Of a DNA stretch of 64,000 bases, positions 46,949 to 61,908 are shown one piece after another. Origin of the DNA: Psilocybe cubensis (lineage: Eukaryota); the NCBI GenBank assembly GCA_017499595.2, contig CM039006.1:2666001-2730000 (forward strand), given 5' to 3'. The notes beneath the pieces are model-generated. The model had not been told where the DNA came from, searched no databases, and worked only from the letters and a program-made list of their open reading frames with translations. Position 1 is the stretch's first letter. Every line of letters starts with the position of its first letter. A program made the position numbers and the translations under genes.

Positions 46949-49312
46949 TCGAAGCTCAGAGATATTGTTTCAAGTAAGTCTGCTCAATGAATCAACTGAG
47001 GCTCGGAAAACTGGAACGTTGCAAAGGGTCGGTTATAACATCCCCAGTTCATGATCCTTCTAAATGCTATCTTCGAGTGGACTAATAGAAGATCTGTCTT
47101 GGCTTCTGCGCCCGCATATCTTGATTTTTACCTTTACTTTCCTGTGACAGTGCCTGGCAGGCCCTTCCCAAGGTCCATGGCACGTAATAGTCATGCCATT
47201 GTCAGTTGTATATGTCTCGACCGATTGTTGCCCGACATCATGGGATCAGCTCACTGTCGAAGTAAACGATACGAGCTCTCCGGCTAGCCGACTGGCTTTC
47301 AGATCACAGGCGCTTTACCCATACTGCTCAAAAAATACCCATGACGAAGGATCGCATGGCAAACTCAAGAATCAGCAGAGTTTTACTTCCAGGAGAGAAA
47401 AAATATATGATCACGCTCAGGCGTCAAAAGGATTGATTGAAAACCAGAGTAAACGGATTCTTTTCGCTTTAAAACCTCGGGGAACAGGCGGTTTGAACAG
47501 CTCTATGAACTCTGACAGGGTCACATCATACAAAAATAACCTGCCTGACCTCTACCTGTCCTGTGCCGCCGGAGTGGGCTTATTCCGAAGTGGGTAACGT
47601 GCACTCAAGGTCAAAAAAATGCTATCAGAGAAAAGATTTCTACTTTACTAACGCCTGAATGCCAGGTAAAGGTCTGCCTGATATTTGCAAGGGGATGACC
47701 TGTCGGTCCAAGAATGAATCTATGGCAGCAGATATGCATCAACGCTTTTTACCCTCTAATCACCGATGTCCCATAGGGTAATCGATGCGACACATGCCTT
47801 CAAAGGCAATTGCTAACTGTTTCTTGATTGGGTATTTTTACATACGATTCAAGTTGAGAGTGTGATCGTCCGAGTAATTATCTTATCGCTTGATTATTTG
47901 ATACTATAAATCCAGAAAAAATGTATTGCTTTGCCCTCCACCCAGTACTTGATAACCCACGCCAATACTAGTGTTACTCAGAACACTGGCGTATAATCAA
48001 CCCAAAATTAACCTTCAAATATAGTGTTCGCATCGAACAGAACACACGGTTGCTTTAGCAATCGCGCTAGAATCTCACAATCTATTAACCATACATGTGT
48101 CGAGAAATATGAGATGTCGCTGGTACCTGGTTCTTCTGGTCTTCGATGAATCACCGAGACGATGCGTTAGTCGGAAACGCGCCGCGCGTCGCGCCACACG
48201 CTCCAATATCATGTCACCTCCTTACCTGACATGCGATATTAATGGTTTGTCAGCAAGATTATGACGATTTAGTGAAGTTTGTTCGTAATCTATTTATTAT
48301 CGTGCAGCAAGCAATTCAATGATGAGTGTGTACCCAAACTCATCTACGGATAAGATAAAAGAGAGATTAAGGATTTTCAAGAGATCGTCGCTTACCTCCA
48401 TCAAACTTCCTGACAGACATTGATCACCTTCTTCTGACGTGAAATGCTTTTAATTATCAAGGTCTTCTTCAATTTTATACTCCTAATATACTGACTCGAG
48501 GTTTCCTCAATTTTTTTCATCTCTCGGTTTCCCTCTCGTCTCAAAGAGATTTCGTCTCTATTCATCTCTCAAAAAACTCGAAATCTTTTCCCTTATCTTT
48601 TTTCTTTGACCCAAATGCTCAGGCCTTTGGCGGCCCAATTTTCTATCCATACTAGTCTAATCGCGTCGCGTTTGTATCGCGTCTGATCGCACAGTCAATC
48701 ACGTGACTTCTGACTTTCATCACTTTTCGACTCGCCGCCAAAGCCCTACGCGTGTCACCACGATATTTTCTGACCTTTTCTCTTGCCAATTTATTTCACT
48801 CTAACTCTCATATTCTTCTTCTCTGCTCATCTATCTTTCATCTCACAGGAATCCGTTCGAACGTCATTAGCTTATCGATGTGCTAAGACGCACGGGTGAG
48901 CGTTCATCACCTTTCTATGCTATGGTATCTACTATGGGGGTTTGTCTATCTAGAATTTAGTGACGTTTGAGCCTTGGAACTTGTCGTTGATATTGTTGGA
49001 CTTGAACTATATCCTGACGCGTACATGTGAGTGACAATTGCATCTCTACTCGAAGCTGTTTTATCTACTAGGTATTATTATATCAAGGAATAGACACGCC
49101 GGTATTCGGCAAAGTTCGTGTTGGACCCCACATTGCGCACCACGGCGTTGATGTGTCGAAGTCTCGAAGATGCTTTTCTTCATGGTTGGATGAATACAGA
49201 GGACCAGGGTGACCTGCACTAGATTTACAGGCGAGGTAAGCGACGTTTCAGTTTTTCATTTTGCGTCTACGCTGGTTACCAGTTCGTTGCAACCGGGACG
49301 AAATCGGACTGT

Positions 49313-49664
49313 AGTCCTTCTCAATTCTAAAAGTTAGAAAAAAAGTTAGAAATTTATGCATGGCAACAGTGTAGCAACGATCATACTGGGCGTCGAGGAC
49401 ATGCGGTATGACGCCGCCAAGTTGATCCTGTTCCTGTCTGAGTTAGAATGAGTCTGAAAGTCGGCAGGCTTTGCCGCCGTGTTTCGGTCGCCATTGACGC
49501 GTCCAGACACGCGAATGAGTTGTGCCGTTCGGCATTGGCACACAACATTTTAAACACCGCTTTGTCTTGTCCATCTAGGCATCACATAGCCAAGACGCCC
49601 AGCGTGATTGTTGCCATGCATAAATTTCTAACTTTTTTTCTAACTTTTAGAATTGAGAAGGACT
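49313..49664. mobile_element. 352-bp MITE with 56-bp perfect TIRs and 3-bp TSD
   Basis: AGTCCTTCTCAATTCTAAAAGTTAGAAAAAAAGTTAGAAATTTATGCATGGCAACA at 49313-49368 and its exact reverse complement at 49609-49664; TGT on both flanks. Confidence 0.88.
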
Positions 49665-50321
49665 TGTGTCAATGATAACCGAAATAGAATACCATTTGCT
49701 GATCATCCGATTTCTCTCCCATGCACTTGTGGAGACTCACTATTGCTACATTGCGATTTCGATTCAAATGTAATATTCATTCAAGAATATAACTGCAACC
49801 TTCTCAGGACGATTGGGAAAAGAATCCTTATCGGCGCAGCAATCTCACGATGGTGTTGTTAATTATAAACAAATCTTCTCACTGCATACCGCGAAGGCTT
49901 GATGCTCATTTTGAAGCAACCTGCACACCATTGCGCTCGTGCTGTAACGGTGGCTCTATTCGGTGAGTAAGCTTTAATGTCATTACCAAATGTAGCCATG
50001 ACTTATGTTTTATATTAATTAACTTCGACGATTTCAAAGTACTTCAGGTAGAATTATAAGGCTGCAATGCCGTTTTCTGTTCGGTTTCTTGTATCTTGTG
50101 TGTCGGTCCGTCTCGTGTCTCTTCCTTTTGTGCCCACATGCTTATTCCTGTAAAGCCACCTTTTGACCACCGACAGCGATCAAGGTGTTTCGTGAGCCAT
50201 CATGCCCATATGGTCGCATGATATCGTGTACGAGAACGCCTCGTCACCTATCATCACATCTGGAATTGCTTAAATGGCAGCTCGGAGTGCTTGAAGCCAT
50301 TCTTGCTAATCATCAGGCGAG

Positions 50322-53306
50322 ATGATATTCCTCCACAGACTTCGTGCATATCTGCTGTTGGCCAGTCTTATAGCTTCGGCCACTGCTACTACTGCTGCCC
50401 GGGATCCTTGTGCTGTTATTGGGGGTCAGAAATGGGTCGCTCCTAAGGACCTTCGAGCTTGCTTTACATCAGTCAAAGTAGACCCAGTGATAAAGGACAA
50501 TGTACGGTTTTTCACAACAAAAATAAAAAAGTAATATTCTAACACAGTTTGATTCCGTCAAGATCATCCAAGTCATAAACAAAACACTTGGTTTCCACAC
50601 ATCAGTTAACTACGAATTCAAGGCTCCAGAACCATTCACTGCTGATGTTCACGAGGACCTCCTTGGAGATCTGGCGCGCATCCAGAAGCAAAACTATCCA
50701 TCTGATTACGACCTTCATATCGATTTCTCGCGAACTCTGAAACGTTTGAACGATGGTCATTGTGTATGGGTTAATAACTGCTATGTAAGTTGACTTTACT
50801 TCTCCAATATCTTAGTACTCATTTACTGTCGAAGGATTGTGAGTCATCCTTGTTATCTACAGAAATTGTTCGACGCCTTAAAACTGTACAGCACTGTTTT
50901 TGAACTTTTTACCGACTCCTTTGGCCCTCTTGACCGAGGCTGACGGGTCACAGAATGTGCATATCGCACCGGAGGCCTTTACGGTTGCATCTGCTGAATT
51001 CCCAGATCAAATAGATGTGTGGCAAAATGCATTACCCGGTCCTTTGAAGGGAAAATTATCTACTGTGAGTTATCCTATCGCGCGTCTTGCATAAAAGCGT
51101 GGCTTAATCCATTCATGTAATCAGCTTTCTGGGGCGAAAGTGTTGCAAATCAACGGACAAGACCCTTTCGTGGCAGTTAATGCCAACGCATTGATTACCG
51201 GAAGCTTTCAGGCTCTTGGAACGCGACAGAATTCGTATGTTGAAGTGGTTTTATTTAACTGTGCCAAAGAATTCATATATTTCTATGAATGGTAGATTTT
51301 TCTCAAGTTATCAGCGAAGTACAACAGGATGGAATTATGTCATGGGGAATTTTGCGCAACAGTCTCTGCCGCTGAGCGATTCTGTTACTTTGACGATTGT
51401 GAGGGTCAACCATACTCTCCCAGAAGTGGTTGTGGTAAGTCATGGCGTATATGTCTTGCAGTAACGATATCTGACATTTTTTCAACTGAATACTAGTTGC
51501 CATATAGGGCTCGCATAGGCTCTGCCACCCATAATTTCACTGACACGGCTTCATGGCGCGCTAACAACTGTGTCGCCATTGATGGTACGAACGGAGTAGA
51601 CGCATACGCCTCGTCATCCACTACCAACTCCGTGAATACACCTTTGATCAAATTCCAACAACAACCGCCTGTGCCTGCTGCAGTCTCGCGCAAGCGCGCT
51701 GTGAATGTGATGCTCGACACTTCCCCACCATCCGACGTTGTCCTCCCTCCCGGTCTGCAGCCATCATTACCAGCTATTAATGGCAGCAGGAGTGTTTCAC
51801 AGTTCTACATGCTGAAGGATGGCAAGACAGGTGTCATGGCTCTCGGCAGCTTCTCAGATTCGGATTTCAACACCTTTTTGCTAGGAATGCTCCAAGGACT
51901 GCTCTCCCTGAAGTCCTTAGGGGCAACACAATTGATCGTTGACGTTGTGAGTCAAGCTTTACAATACCGGATATTGGTTTCTCGACCGAAAGCTCATTGA
52001 TCCCTGTTCAAGTCCAACAACGGAGGTGGATTTATCTGTGCAGCACATGTAAGTGCAATTTTAATTAACAATAATATCTTGCCTTCTGAATAATCTCCTA
52101 TCAGTGGCTCCATCGTATAGTAGGTTACCTTTGAGGTCACGGAAAGCTTTAACTCATGGGAATTCATTCAGATTGCAGGTCCCAAGTCAACGACTATCCC
52201 CCAGGCAGGGCTAGACACGAAAGCTAGAGACGGACCCCTAGCTCAGCTTATAGTCAAGCAAATCGTTAACGCCAACGCAGACCCCCAAGATCTCCTCATG
52301 TACAACCCTGTTAACTGGGCAAATGCCAGCAACATTTTCTTTGCTCCCGGGACTGACTGGTTGCAGCCTCCCGTCAATACAGTAATCAACGGCCGTGCTG
52401 ATGCTTTTAGTCAACGGTATGTGCTGTGTCCCTCTCTGTCTGATTGAAAAACGAAAGCTTATAATATAACGTCAGCCTCGGAGAGGAGTGCTCCCCTGAC
52501 AGTTTCCCTACTGCGCCACCAGATCAAGCATTGTTTGATCCCAAAAAGGTCGTCATTGTTTCGAACGGAAGGTAAGTCAGCGTCAAGATATAGTTGACTT
52601 GCAGGAACTGATGTCATTGAACGATCAAATCAGATGTGCTAGCTCGTGTTCCTTGTTTAGTGTACGTGAGCGTTGCAGTGTGGTCTATATTTGATTCTAA
52701 CGCCCGTATAGGTCACCATGAACAAGAAAGAAGGATCAAAGACTGTCGTACTTGGAGGTAAAAAGGATGTCCAGCAGCAATACTGCGGCACTGTCGGCGG
52801 ACAATCCACCGATTTCTCGACAATGGACACAGAAGTTAAGGTAAGAAACGATCGATAAATAGATCCCTGACAGTGATAGATATCTAATATCGACTGTGCT
52901 GCCATTGCAGACTACCCATTTGAAGAACAACTCGTTGGCGCCACCAGACCTGTAAGCGAATGCCGTCGAAACCGTGTCATTTTCTGAGTATCATGTTCAT
53001 TTCCATTTCCCCCATTTCACAGACTTGTAAATGGAGTTCAAGGTATTACGTGGAGGCTAGGCTTTGGAGTAAATGACCCTACTCAACCAGAAGGTGATTT
53101 TTCAAGACGTACATGTCGCATACTGCAAAATACTTATATCGCCTCCGTAGAATGGCAAGCACGACCTGCCGATTTGAACCTTCCGATTACGGCTGATATG
53201 TATGTATTAATCCCCGAGTTACATTCAGAAGGTACTTACTACGTTACCCAGCGTAAACAACCCCGTCGCGATCTGGGAAATCGTGGCGAAAAAGCTGTTG
53301 CAGTAA
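50322..53306 (+). CDS. Secreted peptidase S41/CPAF-like protein (many introns)
   Basis: Signal peptide; DPCA..ACF, LKRLNDGHC, TGVMALGSF, LIVDV-SNNGGGFIC, VIVSNGRCASSCSLF, TVVLGG. Confidence 0.8.
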
Positions 53307-53617
53307 TCATTGACTAGAAGATGGACATACGCTCAAATTAACTTTTATTTTGTGTAAAATATGAACAAGAGAATGTTACACATTGACAGAATACATGCAA
53401 AAGAATGTGGATGTATGAAATAAGAATACAATGATGGTTATTGGCCTTCGACAACTATGAGTGGGCATTCCGCTCGTGAATATTTATACTACTATTACTA
53501 TATACTACTACCAGGCGCGCTTACGGGTCATATCTAAGAAAACGGTCGTTACTGACTGGCAAGGCGTAAATGGGGTCGGGTTTGGGTCGTGAAAGATGCA
53601 AAGAAAATTATCAAGAC

Positions 53618-56260
53618 TTAAGATGCAATCATTGGCCCTCCTTCCTCGGAGTTCAGGGTATCAAACGTCGTGGTGCTTCGGAGGTGGTTATTAACAAGCT
53701 ACATGAAAAGTTTCTTGTATGAGTACCGGAATGGACTTTTAATCTCATCAAAGCGCTGAACACTCACCCCGTTTATTGGCCGAGTATAATCTTCGTGATC
53801 TCGGAGACTCGCCGTGCTCGCTTGCTGTGCGGTATCCAAAGCTCCCAGTCGGGGATGGAGAAGGCCTTCGACCATACTAGACGCGTCAGTTGGTACAGGC
53901 GATGGAGCAGACGGCAACGTCATAGTTGGCCAGGGGAAACTAGGCGGATGAAGATCGTATCCAGCACTAGACATTTGAGGCAAAGGAGGAGAGAGGGAGG
54001 TGTACCCGTTCCCAGTCACCCCGCGGGGGAACCGAAGAAGCGCCTGAGGTGGATTCAGGAGCGACGGACTGTACACACCGGGAGGGGGGAGGAAGCTTGT
54101 GTCGTCAGTAGTTGCACGCGGTTGTGGTGCAGGTGTACCGCGAAGTGTCGCGATACTTTGTGTCGACACGCGATGGCTGGTAGTGCGAAGGCGGTTCAGG
54201 AAGCCCTTGACACTGTTCCGGTCTGATTGTTCTTGACGCTCACAGTCGTATGCAGGTTCGCGAAGTGAACCAACGAATGCACTGGGTGGGGTAGAGCTAT
54301 GGCGGCGCCCCTCAGATTTTGGCATAGGCCTTGGCCCATTCATCGAATTGCGCTTTGCTTTAATCGCCCCCGACTTGCCATGAGAAGAACCAGACCCATG
54401 GCCGCCCGAAGACCCTGACCCGCCCACAACTGTCAACGAAACGGCACTTCGACTCGCCATCTGCGGAACACCGTTCTCACTGGTTTCTGAGCGTCTACCA
54501 CCAATATCACGAGCGGCCTGAGGGTCATTGATTCCCCACCAATACTGCTTAGCGCCTTCGGCGGCATGCCCGTCGTTAGCCGAGTGCGCCGGTAAAACTA
54601 CAGGCGCCGGTCGTGCGAACGGGTCGCCCATAGTTTGAGTCATATTGGGCATGTACGGCTGACCGCCAAAGGTAGGATGCATAGCGGATGCCATCCCGAT
54701 GTTAGTACTCTCAGCGCTGCCCGCCCCACCTCCCTCTCCCGATAAATGGTCTCCGGAAGACCCTTGTCCAATGTAACCCCCTTCCCCACTGTGCTCTTGG
54801 CTGCCCAACGTCTGCCGCCGATTCAAAGAATTATGGCCTCTCAGATAAGACACATCATCGTCGTCCCCGTCAATAGGCGGTCTCCATACTTCGCGGGCTC
54901 GGGCGAGAATGTCGATAGACCCGCGATCGAAGTTTTGGCGTGCCCTGTAACGCCTGCAGCCGTAGAACAGGAGAAAGATGACGAAAATGACGGCGAGCGT
55001 CACGGCTACAGCTATCCCTGCTATAGCGCCGGTGTTCCTCCCCAAACCACTGTATATAGAAATTAATACAACGCAATAGAAAAATATGCTTAGACTATAT
55101 CTTACCCAAGTTGTTGAGGGGTATCGGTTCGCAGCACACCGGTCTCGACGACAGTGCTTATTGTCGTTGTGCGCCCGTCTGAAAAAGTAGTGGTGAACAC
55201 CCTCGTGATTGTGATCGTCCGGGTAGGACGATTGGCAGGAGAAGTATCTGTTGAAATAATGGTATCAGAGTTTGTAAATAGCAAATCATCGCCGTGCTCA
55301 CCTTGACTTGAAGTCGTGTCAGAAGATGTGCTGAAGATGGCATCACTAAAATATAACACACATGAATTTAGAATAGTTAATTCGGTGCAGGAGAAAAGAC
55401 ACAACTTACGAGGTAGGAGTTGACGAGGATGAGGTTACTCGGCTGGAAGTGGGTAACGATGAAGATGAAAAGGAGGAAGACGAAGTTAAAGATTCAGAGG
55501 TGAACGAGCTAATCGTGCTAGAGGTATCCTCCGAAGAGACGGACGTGAAAGGGGGGAACGAAGTGGTCGTAAATTCCGACATCGAAGATGGGGGAGAAGA
55601 TACAGGAAGAGACACCGTGCTCCCCAATGTCGGAAAGGAAAACGAAGAAGTCCCACCTGCCTCCATCCGCGACGAACTCGAGCTTGCGCTCCAAGCCAAG
55701 GGTGAACTTGCCGAGCTCGGCGAGGTAGATGTAGTAGTTATAGAGCTTGGGCCCTGCCGCGAAGTACTTGAAGACACAGTCGCGGTTGAATCGGGTATAT
55801 CTGTTTCCGAAGGCGTTAATGAAGGTGGTGACGTCGATGTCGGGGGTATCGTAGACTGGCTTTCGGGGAATGCAGAACTCGGAAATGTAAGTGTCGAGGA
55901 TTCTGAGATCGTAATGCTAGACTGGGATGGTCCCGCGGTGATAACAGTTTCGGAGGTGCTGACAGTTTGTTCTGGTGCAATCGAAGTGGAGGATATAGAA
56001 GTTGTTGTTTCAACATTCGACTCTGATAGAGCTGCGGATTCGAAAAATTGTGAGCACCCGCAATCGGTGGTCGGGATAGCGGGAATAAACTCAACCATTC
56101 GAAGGCGCAGACGTCGAGTCTGGTTGCTCGCTACTTGAGCCCACCCCAGTAAGACCTGTCCGTGACCCATTCAGTAAGCAAAATCAACAAAGTCCTGGGA
56201 TGAATACCCACTAGGCGATGGGGTAGGTGCGCTTTCGCTCAAGCTAGAAGCGACTGAACT
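53618..56260 (-). CDS. Single-pass membrane protein with long Ser/Thr-rich ectodomain and Pro/Gly-rich cytoplasmic tail (start uncertain)
   Basis: S/T-rich exons in ORFs 55406-56170 and 55102-55404; TM GAIAGIAVAVTLAVIFVIFLLFYG followed by RRYR; C-terminal SLRDHEDYTRPINGLVNN...MIAS*. Confidence 0.7.
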
Positions 56261-58694
56261 CCCAATCCGTCATCCTTCTAAATTCCTCCAAAATGGATGC
56301 AGAGAAACATACCTGCAGACTGAGGTGAAACATATGTAGTCTCACTTGTTGCTTGGTCAGCATTCGAATTCGTCCTGAAAAATTGCAGTCAGGCATGGCG
56401 CTAAGGTAAATTAAAAAACGCACGAGTCATCAAGTTGTCTTCGTAGTCCGACATATCGATTAATCCCCGATGACACAGAGGCTAAAACTTTGGAGATGAG
56501 AGATACAATTGCTGGGGCATTATACTCTTCTACGCTTGGCCAGGTTGTTCTTTGTCTCCAAGCTCGCAGACGGCCAGGAATGCGTGTATAACAAAGGACG
56601 TCGACATCGCTGGGGTGGCATCCGGGTAAGACATCCCTTGTTTGGGAAATCGAGAGCGATGCCGAACAAGGGACCTCCTGAAACATCATGTCAGGGAGCG
56701 AACAGGGCTCTCGACCCGCAACGCGCTCGCAACTCAATTGCGTATGGATAACGATGGTGGCCTCCCAGTAATACCAGCCTGGAAGGGCTTGAAGAGAGTC
56801 GATTCACTCAGTGTGTTATCAAAGTAAGAATGGCAAAGAAGATGGTTACGTCCATCAAGGAGCGAACAAGTCTAAGTGAGAAGGGTATAAGTAAGTCAAA
56901 GTAACGCGCTATACGTTACAGTGGCTCCTCGATCCCGGCCGAGATTGAACGAGTGGGGGGGAAGAAACCTAACAGACCTGGCATGACACGTTTTTAATAA
57001 AGCACTGCCGTGGCCCTGAGCGGAGATCCATTCATCTTGAGCCTCCTGGTCATTTTAAATTATCCCGTCCTCGAGTCCGGTTGTCACTAGGCGTATCTTA
57101 CTCGTCATGTCAACAATGAGATTTGCAGTACGTGCCCTTGGCTTTATTGTTTTTAATTACCTAGTAGGACACTTGGTAATTAGGCACGGTGATGTGCATG
57201 GGGGCACAGCAACAGGAGGTGACAAAAAAACAAGGAATCAACCCCGCGATATCAATCCGGTTAGAATGGCACCTTGGTCTGGTAAACCATTTGAATCTAT
57301 ATTCGTGGCACAGCAAACAAAGGCACGCAGCTTGCGCAGGGCCCGAGAACCATTCAAGCTGTCGCAAAAGTCGTGTCAGGTTTTAGGTCGTGCAACGCCA
57401 CTGGCAGTGGCTACGAAACGCAGCAGTCCCCTGTCTCCGCCACTGTAGTCTTTCAACTAATAAAAGATGGCTTTGATCAGTGGATCCTGACTTGTCCCAT
57501 CGTTGTGGGTCCGAGACGGTGAATAAATGTCTGGGCAGGCAACGTTGATGGAAACGTCGATGTCAATCTAACGATTTGATATTCTTGAGACCGAGGAATG
57601 GGCAATTCATGACAGTCAACCCAATGAGCGGGCATAGAAGAGTAGAGAAGAGTGCTACAAAGGAGGATTGCTTTATTGAAACCCCCTAGAACCCCTTCTC
57701 TCGATGGGTGCTCGGGAACTGTGGAATATATCGTGTAGGAAAGCAAATTCCTTATAATCATCCCTACAAACCATCAGTACATCCTCGACATCTGCTATGA
57801 TGTATCACTTTATTTTTGAATAATAGGGAAGTCGAGAGGGCAAACTCAGAAAGGACGCACGAGCTGGGGCGACGAACAGTGCCACTACGTGATAGACAAT
57901 CTGTATCGTCATAGTGTATTCTCGCCATACGCCCGGCGTACCTCATTTGACGCGCCTACATATTTTCACAACAAGGCGCACAATTGCGACTTTTCGTTTC
58001 GATCTCCATACACGTACGTGCTTTCCATCTACTTAGCTATAAACCTTAGAAATATGTGGGACTTGAAGCTAATTCGACATCATTACGTCAATCGGTACCA
58101 AATTATCGATGGCCGTGATCCGAAGGACGATGAAAAATATCCGAACGTCGTTCCTTGTCTTCCACCATTCAACTCCTTTGCGTCAAAAACATAACGAAGG
58201 ACGTGTATCACACAACACTTCTATTTCACGACTACCTCGAAGAACATTAATCGGATGATCAAGTATGAATCATTCGGGTCCATGATTTGTCAAAGTCATG
58301 TCCACATTCTAGTCAATGTACGCAAGCTTTTTTTGATGGAGTGAAGGTTCTGTCCAGGTTCAGCCTTCGCTGGTGTCTAAACAAACTGTGTTCAATGGGG
58401 TGCATCATGCACATCGTTGTATTGTCCAACTATTTTGGAGAGTATTACTTGGATGTCGACTCTTGGCCTATGCATTATTCGGGTCCATGAATATGGTGAA
58501 TCAAATCATACCCACAAACGTGTTCTAGTCGATGCGTGCACGCTTTCGGGAGTGGAAAGCGAAGATTCCGCATGGCTGAAGAGAGCGACTTAATGTAGGT
58601 TTTATTTTGCAGTGCATGTTGGGATGATTTATCACACGTTTTATACTCCTTGCTTTTTCCAGTCCATGTTGTCTGCTATACTACACCTATTAAA

Positions 58695-60755
58695 TTATTT
58701 TCCCTCAATCAAAATCATTATTTCCGCAGGGACAGCTGGGCGTTTATTCCACTCCTCAATCCATCCTGAACGCGCGCCGACTTCTTCATTGAAACTGGGA
58801 ATTGCGAAGACCCCTGTCACAAGCCAGATATTCCGATCGTTTCCTTCATGCTCTGCCAGAAGAGTAGGCAGTACAGCTCGGGCAACCATCAAGTTTGAGT
58901 TGGCGTCTGTGCGGAGTGCGCGCCCCTTCCTTCCGTTTTCAACACCCACGAGGTCGACAATGCCGGAAACGCCTGCCCGAGAAGCAGCTCTACCCTCTCC
59001 CCCTTGTTCGAACGTGCCAAACGCCTCGCCTGTCGAAGGTTCAAGCGCCCGACCATCTTCTCCCTGACCATAAATTGCAAAACCGCCTTCTGCGGAAGTC
59101 AATTCCCGACCGGTTTTGATTCTATGCACCCGCAGGTGCCACAGAGGCGTGTCCTTATGCGGAGGGACCAACCAGGTCTCTACTTCGACATCCTTCCAAG
59201 GATACCACATCGACCTTAACCACTTGCCATTTTCAATCCTGGCCTCCCTTGTATCTCGACGGCACTTCCACGTTTCGCCATTATCATCACTCAGCGCCAG
59301 CGTGCTATCACCGCCAAGCTCTTCGAGGGTTCCATTTCCAACTGGGACGCTGTAGCCGAATGCCGAAGAGTACGCCAGTTTCCCGTACTTTGCTGCACTC
59401 TGCTTCACCGGATATGAACATTGTTGCCCAGATGATAGGAGATATGTATGTCCTGCAAGGTTGGATGTAATATGAAGGGGGTGATTAAGGGCTTTCACTG
59501 TTCCACGAAGCGGCTCAGGGTATGGTTCTTCCTCTGATGCCCAGAATGGGTGTGTTTCCGGTAAAGCGAGAGTGACGAAGGATTTACAACACCAGTATGG
59601 CGATCCAGGAGAGTTGTAGTTCTCGGTCATGCTCTGATTGGGGTAAACATATCCGATCGTCAATGTGCCGTCGGGATAGAATGCTCCAGGTTGCTTCGCC
59701 CAGTATCGGATGTTTCGAAGCTGCAAACCTTTTATGACTCCCCACGTCAATGGCGCAGGGAGATCGACATCTGCGAAGGCCAAAGCACCCCAGAAGGATG
59801 ACATCGCGAATCGATATGTTAAACTCCTTCCAAATGGAATCGCACGACCTGGCGTACATCGAAGTCAACCATTTTTCAACTCATGCGAGACGTCAATCAG
59901 GCTTACCTTCGTCGTCGAAATAGTGCACAAAATCAAACGCAAACTTTCTCGCTCGTTTTCGGTATTCTTCACATCTTTTGGGGTCGTCTCCTTGTGCTAA
60001 CTTTGAGTATGCCAGCTGTGCGAACTGGATAGCAAAGGACGACGAATAGTAGTCGAGTTGGATTACACCCTCCGGACCGTCTCTGGACCACCCGTCACCA
60101 ATATAGAAAGTATCCAAATGGTCCAGGTCCGCCTTCATCCGTTTCGCATCAAAGCGGGCAGAACCTGCGCGAGACAAACCGAGATTCGCAAATACCTGCG
60201 TAGGCAGAGAGAATTTGTGTCAGCAGCTCGACAATTTTCCGGCCCCGCGAATCAGAAGTCATGGTCACACACCCTGAACCATAGCCAATTGGTGTTCGGC
60301 ATCTCTTTATCGTTCATGCCTCCCAGCCAATCCTCAAAGTTTCTCTTGGTCTCATCGCTGAGTGGGTCCCACAACTTTTCCTTTGCAACTGCGATGGCGA
60401 AGCCGATGGCAGAGCACTCGACCATGCGCTGGTCCTTGTTGCGCATGTTGCCCCAGAACTCATCGCTCTTGGGATCTGTGCCGTTCTTGAACCCGTCTAC
60501 CCACCGCTTGGTGCCATCGTAGTCGCCCCCTCCTCCTAGCAATGCAGCTAGCCCCCAAATGGGCCGAGAAAAACCTTCTAGTTGCGCTGCTGCCTCGTCG
60601 TAATGTGTGGCCGTGTGTCCGAGGTGGATACGCGCTCCTCCTGGAGAAGTATGCGCTGCTAAAGGATCTAGGATACCCACCAAAAACCTTGCCAGGTCAT
60701 CTTTTGTCCTCAGAGGGTTGGATGCGAAGGGTGCGGTTGGCGTGAAATTACCCAT
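58695..60755 (-). CDS. DUF2264-domain protein (two introns)
   Basis: [81 protein letters not shown]. Confidence 0.85.
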
Positions 60756-61908
60756 GGGTTTTGTTGCAATTCAGCCATTGGACGTCCTCGGTTTTTAAAG
60801 ATCTACTTCGTCAAGAATATGCCGGTCCGTCGACATACTTGCGGACCGCTTGCGTCTCAAGCCATTGACAGAACCGTCATGTTTTGTTTTTCCAGCCCAC
60901 CGTGTACCAAACATGACGAGCGTTCACGTGAATGCATTATCATCATCACAACGCTATCAAAACATAAAGAAAAGAAGCAGCTAAAATTTATATGTTTCGA
61001 TGTCCTTCTTTACGTTCTGATCTAATTCACCTGAAATCTGATCGCGGCGATACAATTAGAACCAAATCAGTCTATGCTCTGCTAGAGGTTTAAGCCTAGT
61101 CCAAATTGTCACGGATACCAACACAACTTTGTTGAACAGTCGGTGGGAACCCGCAAACATTGTAGGGCGTCAATCATCAGTCTTATGAATCATGGATCCC
61201 CCTCAAAGTGCGCCAACATTTCCCAGGAGTTGTTGGTTGTGTATACAACCACCACTACTGTATGTAATATGGTCTTATCGAACCGTCGGCATATACCTTT
61301 TCATTAAATACTCAGATGTCAGTCAACGAACCGAACAGGAATCGTCCAATGTCGTCCAAAAAAGATGGCAGAACTATCTCATTCAATTTTGAAGTCTTTC
61401 CGGTGGCGCCCAAACATAAAATACGTACTACATACAAACTCTCGTAAGTTTTTCGGCAACCGCACAGAACCAAACCGGCCGCTCTGAGCTTACCTATCTT
61501 TATACTTCCCATGTTGCCAAAAAATGTCTTCTGTGACTAGTGTCTTCTATTTGATTCACAGCAACACCGTGATAACCCGCGTCATGGGGTGCTTCCAGAG
61601 GAAAGAGCTCAGCGCAAGAGCACAACCATGAACCAAAAACTACAGGACATTCCCGCGACAGTGGCAATCTCCGTCGACCCTGATGATTGTCTCGGGGCCC
61701 GACCGTCGCTGGCGGCTGACTTAATTGCTCGGATGATGATATCCTTCACTCCCTGAGAATACAACAATACATGTTTTATATATGAGGCAGAGTGGCCAAG
61801 CTCGATATGCCAATGCTTTAATAACGGGCAGCCTTCTCATCCTCACGCTCGTCTCTTCAAACATCAACACCCACTCGTTATCAGTTACCCCATACCCCAC
61901 GTTCTTTT

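Noticed and set aside
47000..49300. Long gene-free stretch that may hold a degraded element or gene
   Set aside because: No recognisable ORF, termini or TSD could be established by eye.
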